Positions 1 through 12,949 of a stretch of 64,000 nucleotides of DNA are shown one piece after another. Every line of letters begins with the position of its first letter. Positions within the stretch are counted from its first letter, which is position 1. The stretch is from contig OZ024743.1 of assembly GCA_964016885.1 (NCBI GenBank), positions 225,184,001 to 225,248,000 of the forward strand. Direction: 5' to 3'. Made by a program: the position numbers and the translations under genes. Below the pieces are notes generated by a model. That model was not told the origin of the DNA. It worked only from the letters and a program-made list of their open reading frames with translations, and did not search any database. Origin of the DNA: Eledone cirrhosa. Lineage: Eukaryota.

Positions 1-1237
1 ACCTAACACTTAGAGCTGAATCTGTGGCAGAATTAGAGAAGAAATTCCAAACCTGGAAGCATGGCCTAGAATCAAAAGGTCTTAAAGTTAACTTGTCAAA
101 GACCAAAGTCCTAGTATGTAGCAAGGAAAACAGGGTCCAGATTCCCCCAGGGAAATGGCCTTACTTAGTGTGCAGAAAAGGAGTAAGTAGAAATTCCATC
201 CTAAGTCCCAAAGGCAAACTATGGGTACACAAGAGTGTAGTGGGATTTCAGGTGGGCTAGCAAAGGTGCAGTAAATAACAGGAACTCACAGAATACAAGC
301 TCCTTCAAATGCCCAGAGGGCTCTGTAGAAGTAGTAGATAATTTCTGTTACCTGGGTGAGCAAATTAGCAGTGGAGGAGGGTGTTCCGAAAACATAGTAG
401 CCAGAGTGAAAATGGATTGAAGAAAATTTAGGGAGCTACTACCACTGCTAACTCTCAAAATGAAAGGCAGATTGTACAACGTATGCATATGAACAGCAAT
501 GATGCATGGTAGTGAGACTTGGATGCTGTGTACAGAGGACTTGTGAAGATTGGAAAGAAATGAAGCTTCCATGCTTTGATGGATGTGTAATGATAATATA
601 CATGAAGGACAAAGCATAAAGGAACCGAGAAAGAAACTGGCTATAAGAGAGGTCAGATGCAGAGTGCAGGAGAGGAGATTGCATTGGTATGGACATGTAA
701 TGCATATGAAGGATGACAGCTGTATAAATAGATGCAGAATGCTCAAAGTTGATGGAAGCTATGGAGTAGGAAGAACTAGGAAGACTTTGGACGAGGTGAT
801 AAAAGCTGACCTTGTACAATTGCTCTTCTCAAAGGTGATGACACAGGACCATGATCTCTGGTGTTATGCAGTAATACAACCCGACTTCCCATGTGCATGG
901 CTTGAAACATAAATCATGTATGCACCACCTTCCTCTCCACTACCCATTCCATACACTTCCCACCTCTCACCCATGGCCCTAGATATACCTCTCCCATTCA
1001 AGTCCCCAGTCCACACTACAAAGTGGTCATTTTGGTGCCACAACAAAATGTGCCCAGCCCTCACTGTAAATGTGGTTGGTATTAGGAAGGGCATCCAGCC
1101 ATATAAACCAAGCCAAAATCAGTTGTGTGTGAGCAAGACATGGTCATCTGACCTGGCTTGTCTCACAGCGGGACAGCTTATCTAACCTATGCTAGCATAG
1201 AAAATAGATGTTAAATGGTGATGATGATCATCATCAT
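1..1237 (+). mobile_element. Decayed RTE-clade LINE, 3' portion (RT end, 3' UTR, (GAT)n tail)
   Basis: Broken ORFs ([22 protein letters not shown]; RRLHWYGHVM) match the intact ORF ending at 47769; GGTGATGATGAT tail near 1217. Confidence 0.9.
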
Positions 1238-1429
1238 AGTATATATTAGGGACTTTGGGTAATATTGTCTATAAGGTTGACTAGAGGCAAGGCAGAGACT
1301 TGGGAGCCTATCATTTCTTTTTTTTTTTTTGTTTTGTAGTGAAGTGAAAGATTGAAGTGCCGAAGAGGGCCTAAATACCTGAAAGCCTAGGGACGCCGCC
1401 ACAGATTAATACAACCCTAAGAGTCAGCC

Positions 1430-1892
1430 ATACCTATATTGTTGCATATATACAGTATGACCTTAGAGTCACATATATCTGTGTTGTAAATATACGGTGT
1501 GATAACTGTGTTGCATATAGATACATTGTATATATACACTGCCCCTATAGATATATAGTATATATATATATATAGTGATATCACTGTCACCTATATCTGT
1601 CGTAGATATAGTGTGATATCAGTCTCACCTATATCTATGTTGTATAAACTGTGATATCAGTGTCCCTGTTGATATGTTGTATATCACACACTGTGATATC
1701 AGTGTCGCCTATAGATATGTAGTATAAACTGTGATATCAGTGTCACCTATATATTATAAGTTGTATATATAGTGTGATATCAGTGTCACCTATATCTATG
1801 TTATATATATATAGTGTGATATCAGTGTCCCCTATAGATATATTATATATATACAATGTCCCCTATAGATATGTAGTATATATAGTGTGATA
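1430..1892. repeat. Diverged minisatellite, ~40-bp unit (GTGATATCAGTGTCACCTATATCTATGTTGTATATATAGT-like)
   Basis: About 10 visible imperfect copies. Confidence 0.85.
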
Positions 1893-2070
1893 GAAAACAA
1901 CGTTAGTTTTCTGTCTACTGCCTACCTTCGACCTATCAATAACATACTTGTCAATTTTGGTTTGTCATTTATAACACACTACTACTACTACTACGAGTAG
2001 TAGTAGTAGTCTACTACGAGTAGTAGTAGTGTCACAAACGACTGAATTCTTTTCCAATATTCTGTTATAA

Positions 2071-2180
2071 TGGGTCGATAAAATAAAGTACCAGTAAAGT
2101 ACTCAGGTCGATATAATCGATTCTCTCTCCCCCTTATTCCACATAAATCTTTGGTCTTGTACCTTAATTAGAAACCATTA
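2071..2180 (+). mobile_element. 3' fragment of short tRNA-derived SINE
   Basis: GGGTCGATAAAATAAAGTACCAGTAA matches the full copy at 62470-62659. Confidence 0.7.
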
Positions 2181-3279
2181 CGAATCTATATATCATAAGA
2201 AATAAGTTGAAACTGAAATAACGGGAATATAAGAGCGGGTGAGAGAGAGGGGTTAAGAAAGCTCATACACTGTTGATATATACCTATTATTAGTCGAGCC
2301 ACTAATATGATGAACAAGTAAAAATCTTTCACCGATATTAACATTTAGTTTCAACATAAACAAATTACTTTAGAATCACCCAGTGGAAAATTTTTCATCA
2401 AAACATTTCCTTAGCTTCTTCAACTTTTTTTCTTCTACTTTAATTTTAATTTAAAATTTATTTAATTTTTTTTTCTGCCAACCTTTTTTTTTTCCATCTG
2501 ATTAATTTCAAGTAGCGACATTTCTTTAAATATATCAACAAGATTTTAAAAAATAGACGAATAAGTAGAGACAGACAAAACAAATAAAATTACAATAAAT
2601 AAACTGTAAATACTCTAAATACACTCCATGTGAAATGTCAAAAAGTCGAAAATAGAAAATGACTTAAAATAATTTAGTCAATTAATTTTGTTAAATTTCG
2701 TCAGATGAGGGTTTTACTAGAAGTGGGGGAAATAAATTGCAAACTGAAAATATAAATCAACACGTTATCAGCCAAATTCTATATTCTTTAAATCAAAGAG
2801 ACATAAAGCGTAAAAGAGTTAATTTACATATATATATATATAGGGAAAGAGTTTTTTTTTTCAAATAATCTAAAAATAACCACCCTACCCACCAATACCA
2901 CGTTAAAAATGAATGAGATATGAAGGAGAATGAAATAAACAATATACTCACATATATAATTTTTTTTAAATATCGGTGGGTAAATATAAACACCCACACG
3001 AAAAGTTATCTCCAGCCAGTGAATGAAAAATCTATTGGCACCTTTTAACCCAAACAGCAAAAAACATGATAAGGAAGTATTATAAGAAGATACACAACAT
3101 CTATAATGCAGTAGCAGCAGCAATATCGGCAGCAGAGTAGAAGAAAGGGCAGCAGACATCTACAGTTGAAGCTGCTGCACTAGCGACTGCTACTAATACA
3201 TGTTCAGTTCATTTCTCTCTTACATACACATACATACACACTGTGCACTAAAGAAAGAAGAAATAAAAAAAAAAAGTAA

Positions 3280-3615
3280 GCGTGTAACAACGTCACCAAC
3301 CACCAAAAGAATAAAAAAGTAGCAGTGGTTTTAGAAAATGACTTAATTCTTCTTGGTAACAGATCTGACGTTTTAAAAGGGATGAGTTAAAAGACGGACG
3401 TCACATCTCATGTCGTCGGAAGTAAATACAATCAATGAAACAGACAAGCATTTTTTTTACACCCCTCTCTCACTCTTTATCTATCTATCTTTCTCTCTTT
3501 CTATATATCTCTCTCTCTCTATCTATCTATCTATTTGTCTTTCTCTCTCGCGTAATCTCAGTCGGTTCTTCTGTTGCTAACTTACGCTTATTACATTGAC
3601 GGTCGGGGTAATGGT
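3280..3615. promoter_or_regulatory. Possible promoter: CRE-like and ETS-like motifs in unique sequence
   Basis: ACGTCA ~3289, TGACGT ~3366, GACGTCAC ~3397, CGGAAGT ~3417, TGACGG ~3597; locally CpG-richer. Confidence 0.3.
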
Positions 3616-3637
3616 GGTGACTGTCCTACTGTCAGTT

Positions 3638-3678
<41 letters not shown>

Positions 3679-3740
3679 GTGTGCGTATGTGTGTATGTAT
3701 TTATGTATGCGCGTGTATATTTATATATATAGAGAGAGAG

Positions 3741-3775
<35 letters not shown>

Positions 3776-4472
3776 AGAACATATACTATTACATACATAC
3801 ACCCATATATATATATTGTTTACCTATCTACATGCGTGTCCGTTGATTACCACAAACACACATAATTACATACTATGATGTACATAAAGTATTGCTAGAC
3901 CCACACTATATATATATATAATATATAATATATATTATAACCATACTCCCCAAGTATCGAGTACTCTGTTGAGTAATCGTCTAACAAGTTTCAGGGAGAC
4001 TGGGGACCTGATATACGTTCCCATACTATACCAAGTGCATTTTATCGTAGCACCAACACTCGGGAAGTTGTCATGTCCTTTACATAACTAAAGAATCTTC
4101 CGGACCCTTTGTCTGACACAGTGTATTGAGTGCATTTATCATGAGATGCCTAATACTAAAGGGGGTTGTCATATCTACGGCACATGCCAAACAAAGAGTC
4201 AAAAGTACTCTTAGTTGTGTCGAGAACATGATAACCTCCCTGGTGCTACTGCTCCACTAAAATACACACAGTACATTCTGTAACGTGCTTGGTGATAAGA
4301 AGGGCAACCAGATGTAGAGACCATGCACACACCGAAATGTGTGTGAGCAAGCCATGGTTTATGAGAGGACAGTAGCTCCAATTAAGTATTGACATGATCT
4401 GTGACAACCTATCCAACCCATGACACCTGTTATACGATGATCATCACACACACACACATATATATATATATA

Positions 4473-4551
4473 CAGAATGTCCCTAAAAAGATGTATACAC
4501 ACTTTGATAGAATGGTGTTGAAGTGTGTATACATTTTGGGGGGACACCCTG
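4473..4551. mobile_element. 79-bp Tc1/mariner-type MITE
   Basis: Imperfect TIRs CAGAATGTCCCTAAAAAGATGTATACACACTT / AAGTGTGTATACATTTTGGGGGGACACCCTG, TA on both sides. Confidence 0.8.
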
Positions 4552-5096
4552 TATACATGTTTGTTTGTTTATTTATATATAGAGAGAGAGAGAGAAGAGA
4601 GAGATTATTGAGTTTGATCAATTTTTATATCCCTTCTCTTCCTTTAAAGAGGCACTGTATGTGTATGTGTGTGTGTGTGTGTGTATTTACCGATTGTCTA
4701 TGTCCTGTATCTTAGCAATTTAACAAAAAGAAATCAAAATAAGTACCAGATTTGACATAGTAAGTAAGTATTGGGGGTAAATATGATTGACTTAAATCAC
4801 TTCAAGGTTGTGCCCCAGCATAAATGTAGTTAAATCATTGAAACCAGTAATAGACTAAATTACTATGTCCTTCCTTTGAAAATATTTAGTAATATAAAAA
4901 AAGGCAACTCAACAAATGACTTCTATATCCGTATTGCCAGAATATTTGTTAAACCAGACTAGGTTCTAAGTAGTCAAAATACTATAAAATATATCCAAAA
5001 CCTGGAATTGCCCACAACAGGATAACTCGTCTAACTCATGCCAGCATGGAAAAATGGACGTTAAACGGTGATGATGATGATGCCTTGAACCCTCAA

Positions 5097-5314
5097 CCCT
5101 TTAGCATTCACATTACTCTATATATACTATTGTATTTTCACAGTAAAGGCTTTATCTCACATAATTATTTCACATAATATTGAACCCTTGAGATTTTGAT
5201 ATTATTTATTTTGAGAACAATACTTTAATATCAACATGAGTGGCCGGTTATGGCCAGTTTGAAGAAGAGGTGAGAGAATTCTGGCTGGATATGGTCGGTT
5301 TGAACATTAAAGGG
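5097..5314. mobile_element. piggyBac-type MITE, copy 1
   Basis: CCCTTTAGCATT...AAAGGG ends, TCAA/TTAA flanks; inverted homologue at 11013-11233. Confidence 0.75.
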
Positions 5315-5454
5315 TTAATTGCTGATAGTTATAGAGGCACCATTATGACATACGTGCCAAATATCTTGGGTATTTAAACGTGGTTGAGTCCATCTCTCCC
5401 TAGGTCTGGACATAGCTAATTTCTTTCAGAGAGCAAGAGATATAGAGGATAGAG

Positions 5455-5610
5455 GAAGAATCAACCCATTTACTTGACTAATACTTAATCAACCTTGAAA
5501 AGATGAAAGGCAAAGTTAACCTGAGAAGGATTTGAACTCAGAGCACAGAGAGTCAGTATGAATACTCCAACACACTCTATTTAATGTTTTAATGACTCTG
5601 CCAATTCACA
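5455..5610 (-). mobile_element. Decayed short tRNA-derived SINE
   Basis: GATGAAAGGCAAAGTTAACC...GATTTGAACTCAG shared with 62470-62659. Confidence 0.65.
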
Positions 5611-5621
5611 GTCTAGATATA

Positions 5622-6432
5622 TCTACTTATATATATAACCAGCAATTTCTCTGTCTGTCTGTCCGACAGTAGAAACACGTGCGTAGAGAGAGAGTGAGAG
5701 TGAAAGAAAGAGACAGACTACGAGAGGGGGATAGCGGGAGAGAGAGAGTGAATAGACGCTAAAACACGTGCTACAGAAACATTACCTTCCCCTCTCCACT
5801 AACTTTGGTCACTGAGGCCGAGGGAATCGCGCTGAGCGCGTCATAATGACGTAATGCAGACAGCCAGACATACAGACAGATATTATAAGGGCGCAACGTT
5901 ATATCTATGTATCTATCTAAAAAGAAAGACTAAGAATTATATAGAGAGAGCTCTAAATCGCCTAATGCGGTCCCTAGGGCATTGAAAATTTGAAATAATT
6001 TTTGCTCAAAACACTCACAGGACCATAAGTATTACATGTCTAAAGTTTGGAAACAATCGGTTGGATGGTTCTCAAGTTTTAGTGAGCTGACAGACAGACA
6101 GACATTCTCTGTTTTAGATATATAGACTAGCAAAAAACCGCCCCCCCCCCCGAGTGGTTTTCTGCTAGTCTATATATCTAAAACAGAGAATGTCTGACTC
6201 CCTAAATCTCGAGAACCACCCAACCGATTGTTTCAAACTTTACACATGTAATACTTATGGTCCTGTGGACCGCATTAGGCGATTTAGCGATCTCTCTATA
6301 ATTCTTAGTCTTTTTTTTTAGATAGATGCATAGATATAACGTTGCACCCTTATAATATCTGGCTGTCTGTCTGCATTACGACATTATGACGCTATATATG
6401 TGTGTGTGTATATATGTATATATAGTGTGTGT

Positions 6433-6468
<36 letters not shown>

Positions 6469-6580
6469 TGTAACGTTTTTCGAAATATTTACTTCTGCGT
6501 TCACATATTGATTTTTTTAGTTTCAGAAGATCCCGTTAAGTGTGAAAGCAGCAATTCTTTGCTTAAACTTTAATCTGTTA

Positions 6581-6613
<33 letters not shown>

Positions 6614-6754
6614 TCGTGTACAGATATTTTTGCATACACAATAACAAAATATAAACAAACAAATTTATTTCACGAGGCTCGATAAGAATAAATATATATC
6701 AAATATATAATAACCCTAGACCAAATCCCGAGCAACGCCAGGCCATTCTGCTAG
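5622..6754 (+). mobile_element. Non-autonomous Helitron-like composite
   Basis: A|TC start with (CTGT)n; 3' CCCGAGCAACGCCAGG-CCATTCTG-CTAG|T end; internal inverted arms. Confidence 0.6.
6503..6578 (+). ncRNA. Degenerate type I hammerhead ribozyme (PLE family B)
   Basis: Close match to 24397-24472 with a stem II substitution. Confidence 0.5.
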
Positions 6755-6834
6755 TTATACCTAAATAAAATAAATACAATATAAACACCTTTTATCTGTG
6801 GCTGTATAGTTTAAACCTCTTATCTGTGATGCCA

Positions 6835-7130
6835 CATACAGTGAAACTTTCTCCAGTGGCAACCTGGTGCAGTCAGCGACTAATCCAGCGTCTGCTGCAC
6901 TTTGTGCCGAGGAGGATAAACTATCCAAATATCGGTCACTCTCCGACAGGTTTGTGGTCAAGCCCATAGCAGTGGAGACTTCTGATGTTCTTGGCCGTAG
7001 GACCACCTCCCTGCTCACCACCATCGGCATGGAGTTGGCTACCCACAGGTGTGAGCCTCGCAAGTTGGAATGGTTCTTCCAACATGTCTCTATTCTCCAG
7101 GGAAAGGCCTTCTATATTCTGTCCACCAGG
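6835..7130 (+). pseudogene. Fragment of restriction-like endonuclease domain, CRE-like non-LTR element
   Basis: AEEDKLSKYRSL..F..KPIAVETSDVLG...FFQHVSI resembles the K..KY..L...P.A.ET.G motif. Confidence 0.6.
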
Positions 7131-7954
7131 TCTGCGGGGCAGCTGGAATGTGGGCTCCCCTTTGCAGATAATAGCGAGAGAGATGGAGGCAGTGAGGGAA
7201 AGAGAAGGAACATCAACGCGCACACACACATTTTTCAACTCTTCAAACTATACAGCCACAGATATTTGATTAACACCTTTTATCATAGTTCTGCTTAATG
7301 ATAGCTAATTGTAGGCTAAAGAACAAAAGCCTTACAGCTCAATGATAAATGATATTCCCATACTTCAGAGCTGGTGATCAACTGTTCAGTATAGCTGAAC
7401 AGTTTCACATTGGACTATTGATTGTGTTTCGATAGGTTTAAAAAAAAAAGTAAGAAGCCAATTATCAGATTGAACCAAAGAAACCATATTTTCACTGACC
7501 TTTCCGGTATATGTATAGAACACCCACTTGATTTTAGTGGGAAAAAAAATTGTGCCTCACTTTTTCATGTGCTATCAATTAATCTAACCTCCAAGATTCT
7601 CACAATTGACTTTGGAGTTTTCTCTACTTTTTTTTTTACGTGTTAACAAATATGACCACCAAACCAGTTGGGAATGACTAGCTTTGTAAAAAAAGGAGGA
7701 GGGAAAGTGGGTAGAAAGACCATCAGAGTTTCGCAGATCTACACCCTAATTAATTTTCTTCGTTTTTTTTTGTGCTCTATCAATTAATCTGATACCCAAG
7801 ATGTTCGCAATTGACTCCTTCCCCCTTTATCCGGAAAATGGAAATTCTAACCCTAATCCAGGAAAAAAAAGTTGATTGCAAGCATCTTGGAGGTCAGATT
7901 AATTTATAGCACACGTAAAATTTGTTTTCAACTGAACTCGAAGAAGTTGTTCTA

Positions 7955-8200
7955 TAATAATTGTTTCTACTTTTGGCACAAGGCCAGCAATTACCCCAGT
8001 GCATTACTAGTTCGTTATTTTATCGACCCTGTAAGGATGAAAGGCAAAGTTAACCTCAGCGGGATTTGCTATAATAATTGTTTCTACTTTTGGTACAAGG
8101 CCAGCAATTACCCAGTACATTACTGGTACTTTATTTTATCGACCCTGTAAGGGTGAAAGGCAAAGTTAACCTCGGCGGGATTTGAACTCAGTTTGTAAAG
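7955..8200 (-). mobile_element. Short tRNA-derived SINE with tandemly duplicated 3' part
   Basis: Two consecutive ~115-bp copies of AATTGTTTCTACTTTTGG...GCGGGATTTG. Confidence 0.8.
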
Positions 8201-8514
8201 GGATTTGCTATAATAATACCGTCTTTCCATTGCTGATATCATCTGCTGGTCACAACTCATAGAAGGATGTTGAATTTGAACACAGCTTACACAGAGTTGG
8301 ATCAAATTATGCAAAACATCTTGTCTGACTCTAACAATTCTGCCAATTCACCATACCTAGACTGGTACTTTATGAATCAAACTCAAAATGATAAAAAGCA
8401 AGGTCGATCTCAAGATTTGAACTTGGAGTGCAGAAATACTAATGCTCTAATGATTCTGCCACTTTTCCTCCAAATAGGTTTATGCCTTGATACAAACATT
8501 GCTACACACATGAC

Positions 8515-8714
8515 ATTCGGTAGAGTGACGGACACCATGCTTCGCGGCATAGAGTTATGGCCCTTTACATTCTGAGTTCAAATCCCGTCAAGGTTAGTTT
8601 TGCCTTTTATCCTTATGGAGTTGATAAAATAAAGTACCAGTAATACACTGGGTGAATTTAATCAACTTTCCCTCCCCAAATTTGCTAGCCTTGTGCCTAA
8701 AGTAGAAACAATTA
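8515..8714 (+). mobile_element. Short tRNA-derived SINE
   Basis: B-box GAGTTCAAATCCC; body matches 62470-62659. Confidence 0.8.
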
Positions 8715-11012
8715 TTTATTTTTGTCTGCTAAGCTTTAAAATAAGAATGAGTATTGCCGTTGTCATTGTTAATATTCGCATCATCATCATCATCATCAGT
8801 GATAGCAACAACACTAATGGAACAAATTTTATTTTGAAAACAAAGTTTCACCATTTCGTTGCACCACATTTCTAACAAAATAAACTGACAATATGCTTTA
8901 ATTAATTTTGAAAATATTGAAGAATTTGGAGGGATTTAATGAAATACTAACTTTCTCATTATTAACACTTATATTGTATGTATGGTCCCGTAACTCCTGA
9001 TAGAGTCGTATGGGCGCCGTATTGACATAGAGTGTATCTTGGGCATTTTAAGCCAGGCGGAGCCCATCCCTCGCCAGACCTCAATACAGCAGATTTCTTC
9101 CAGAGAAAGATAGAAAGTGAGAGAGAGGAAATGAGAAAGATATACAGAGAAAGAATCGACCCCAGTACTAGACCTCGAAAGCATGACAGGCAAAGTTTAC
9201 CTCAGCAGGATTTGAACTCAGAGAACAGAGAGCTAGAACTAATACCATAAAGCATTCTATCCAACGTTCTAATGATTCTGCCAATTTGCCACCTTATAAC
9301 ACATACATTACCATATTTCTAATGAAATATACTGCCTATGTGTTTTGAAAACAACCAAATATTTGGAGGAAATTTATTAAATAAGTTTGTCAGTAGTAAA
9401 CTGATATTTAGAACATTTTAAAACATAAATTACTAAATAATATTATAATGGAAGGTTCTATGGACAAACATTTTAAAATGAGTAGTTTTGTTTCATAAAT
9501 CCAGGAATGGTTTCATGCAACGTCGTATTAAAAGGATTAAGCTGATATTTGGAATATTATTTAACAAAAAGTTCTTACATAAAATTATGTTTGAAATTTT
9601 TAATATAAATTTGAATGCCTTAAAACAAGCAGTTTTATGTTGTAAAACAAAGAGCAGTTTCAGGCAAGCTGATATTAAAATGGTTAAAATATTAAATGTT
9701 TGAGATGAGTTGATAATGAAATTATAATTTTTTCAACATTAACCATAAACAGTTTCACATACCAGATAAAAGAAAAATCTAAACAGCTCTTCTGTCTGTT
9801 TTTATTATAAGTATTCCAGTTGTTTAATTAATGTGTAAGTGGCTGAGCATTCCACAGACATGTGTAACTTTAGCATAACTCTGTCAGAATCAGTGTGATA
9901 CAGTATGTGATAAATCTGGGCCTTTGAATTACAGATACAGTCCAGATGAGCTTTGACAGTTTCTGTTTACTTAACATTACTAATTTTAATTTGAGGTTAT
10001 GGAAAATGATACATGCCCAAGATGATATGCAGTGGACTGGAACACAGGACGTCATAATTGTAAAGTGAACTTCTTAAACATTTCAGCATGTTTGCACTCT
10101 CATGCACCATAATGATACAGAACAAATCTGTTTGGAAATCACTCATGCAGACACTAACAGACACAGAATACAGAATAGCTACTACACAGTAATCATATCA
10201 CAGAGCAGCAGTTTACAACAGATACTGAATTAAGTGCTATTACTTATTGGGTCGTTATACTTGAACATGAATATTAACTATTTCTATTTCTCTTATTATT
10301 ATGTCTGGACATCAACTACAGTGTTAGGAGTTTATTGTTCAACAACCTATTCATTTGTATTTACTACTATAAAGGCAAGTGCACTTTAACAAATACCATT
10401 TGATGTCTACACATTCTTTTAGTAAATGGGTTTTGCCAATCAGTGAGAGATTTCATAAGTACTATCTTCATTGTAAGCAGAATTGGTGCAAGGTATCCAA
10501 ATAAGCTAAAATAGAACTAATATCTTGCAGTTATTCAGCCAAGAAAGAAGTACCGATGGACTCTTTCGTGATGAAGAGTAACAGGATAAAAGAGCAATTA
10601 ATATGGTTTCTGCCATTGTAATTGTTATTAGTATTTTTAGCATATATTGACAACAATGTTATTGTCATCATCATCACATTATCATCACTAATGTTTGAGT
10701 ACATTTAGTAATATCTAGAGAGTTAGAAATGCAATAACATTTAGAGTAACATCACTTGAATGGCAGATCACTATGTATGATGTTGCTGATTTCACCTCCC
10801 ATATAATGGATGAAGATTGTTATATAATGACTTGCTTTCTGATCTCTGCTTTAACTAACACTGCCATTTGAAGCTGTAAAATGAGGAATGGTATGAATAA
10901 GTTCAGTAGAGAACTTGTGAAAACTACATCAAATGAAATCTCTTAAATATTAGAAATGTGACGAATTCAGTTGCTTCATTATTTAGTTAGACTGTTATGG
11001 TCCACATATTAA

Positions 11013-11233
11013 CCATTTAGCATTTAAACCAGCCGTATCCAGCCAGAATTCTATCACCTCTCTCTGTTCAAACAGGCTGTAAATGGCCGCTCATACTGAT
11101 GTTAAGGTATTGTTCTCAAAATAAATAACATCAAAATCTCGTAGATTTGATATTATGTGAAATAATTATGTAAGATATAGCCTTTACTACAAAAATACAA
11201 TAGTATATATAGAGTAAAATAAATGCTAAAGGG
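11013..11233. mobile_element. piggyBac-type MITE, copy 2 (opposite orientation)
   Basis: TTAA-CCATTTAGCATTT...AAATGCTAAAGGG-TTAA. Confidence 0.8.
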
Positions 11234-11706
11234 TTAACTTCATGTTTTCCACTATTTTTCTCCCAGGGTTTTCCTTGATATTGCTTAATCTGCCCTTCAT
11301 AGTCTTCCTATATCTCTGTAGATGGCAGAAGAAACAATTAACTTGCATACTGCATCTACCCAAGCCTACACAATATTCATATCTCATCTTCTCAACAATC
11401 CTCACTGATCCTAAATTAGATACTTTTCTCAACAAAGGTTTTTGTCCTTGTCAGCCTTCCTCTAATTAATCAATAAGAAATAACATTGATAATAAGCACA
11501 GACATGGCTGTATGATTTTTCAACCCCATGGTTTCAGATTCAGTCACACTATGTGGTACCTCAAATGCTAGTAACTGGTGTTCTCACACAGATACATAGA
11601 TAGTTGTGATATGATCATAGCTTAAAACATTCACAGTGAAACATATATGTTTATGCCTTCATCTATACCTCTGTTAAGAATCATGCTATGTTAGTGCTAC
11701 TGCTTA

Positions 11707-11953
<247 letters not shown>

Positions 11954-11956
11954 TGT

Positions 11957-12301
11957 GGAGGCACATGGCTTAGTGGTTAGAGCAGTGGCCTAGCAATCGA
12001 AAGGTTGTGAGTTCAATTCTCAGACCGGGTGATGTGTTGTTTCCTTGAGCAAGACACTTTATTTCACATTGCTCCAGTTTACTCAGCCGTAGAAATGAGA
12101 TGATAGGGACTGGGGTCCCTATCATTCCACTGCAAAGTGGTTGTGGAGGTGCCATGGCAAAAAAGCACCTAGCACTCACTGTAAATGAGGTTAGTGTTAG
12201 GAAGGGCATCCAGCTGTAGAAATCAAGCCAAAATCAATTCCCGTCCAACCCTTGCAAGCAGGGAAAAAGCAGACGTAAAATGAAATGATGATGATGATGA
12301 T
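11957..12301 (+). mobile_element. tRNA-headed SINE with CORE-like middle and RTE-derived tail
   Basis: A-box TGGCTTAGTGG, B-box GTTCAATTC, TCCTTGAGCAAGACACTT core, tail matching the RTE 3' UTR, (ATG)n end. Confidence 0.9.
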
Positions 12302-12312
12302 ATATATATATG

Positions 12313-12364
<52 letters not shown>

Positions 12365-12365
12365 T

Positions 12366-12650
12366 CATCGTCGTCATCATCATTATCATCATCATTTAAC
12401 ATCCATTTTCCACACTAGCATGGGTAAGACGGACTGTCCCTTTGTGTTTTGCTCATGCAGGGCTAATTTTGGTTTCTACGGCTGGATGCCCTTTCTAACG
12501 CCAACCACATTTACAGTGTGTGCTGGGTGCTTTTTGTCATGACACCTACACAATCACTTTAGAGCATGGACTGGGCACTTTTTGTTGTATCTCCAATATG
12601 ACCACTTTATAGTGTGGGCTGGGTGCTTTTTGTCGTGTCGCCAAAAGGAA
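12366..12650 (-). mobile_element. RTE 3' UTR/tail fragment
   Basis: (CAT)n then GCTGGATGCCCTTTCTAACGCCAACC. Confidence 0.75.
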
Positions 12651-12706
12651 TATTAATGAGATGTATTTCAGCTCAATGCTATGATAGAATCAAGCAGAGC
12701 CAGTAC

Positions 12707-12949
12707 ATAGTTATAATGTGCTTATAAATCAAAATTAAAAGTTCAAGACATTTAATCGCTAACAATTATTTCTTCCCATAACAATTTGTTATTAGCATAA
12801 GATGACTCCTATAGTTTATGCTAACTAATAGCAAATTGTTAAATAAAGATAATTTTCTGTCTGTGGTATATTCTTATGGGAAAAAAACAATTGTCAGTGA
12901 TTAAATGTCTTGAACTTTTAATTTTAGTTTATAAACACATTTTAACTAT
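12707..12949. repeat. Foldback/MITE-like element with ~80-bp imperfect terminal inverted repeats
   Basis: AAAATTAAAAGTTCAAGACATTTAATC vs GATTAAATGTCTTGAACTTTTAATTTT, plus an inner hairpin. Confidence 0.7.

Noticed and set aside
1430-1892. CRISPR-like periodicity
   Set aside because: Degenerate tandem units without unique spacers, no cas genes, eukaryotic context
1978-2032. (ACT)n-(AGT)n palindrome
   Set aside because: Simple trinucleotide inversion with no further evidence of function
2824-3159. 111-aa minus-strand ORF with a signal-peptide-like start
   Set aside because: Hydrophobicity comes from CAG/A-rich low complexity; no recognisable domain
10440-10620. Possible host exon after TTGCAG
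   Set aside because: All frames stop quickly and no homology is recognisable
11957-12030. tRNA gene
   Set aside because: A/B boxes present but it is a SINE head continuing into core and LINE tail
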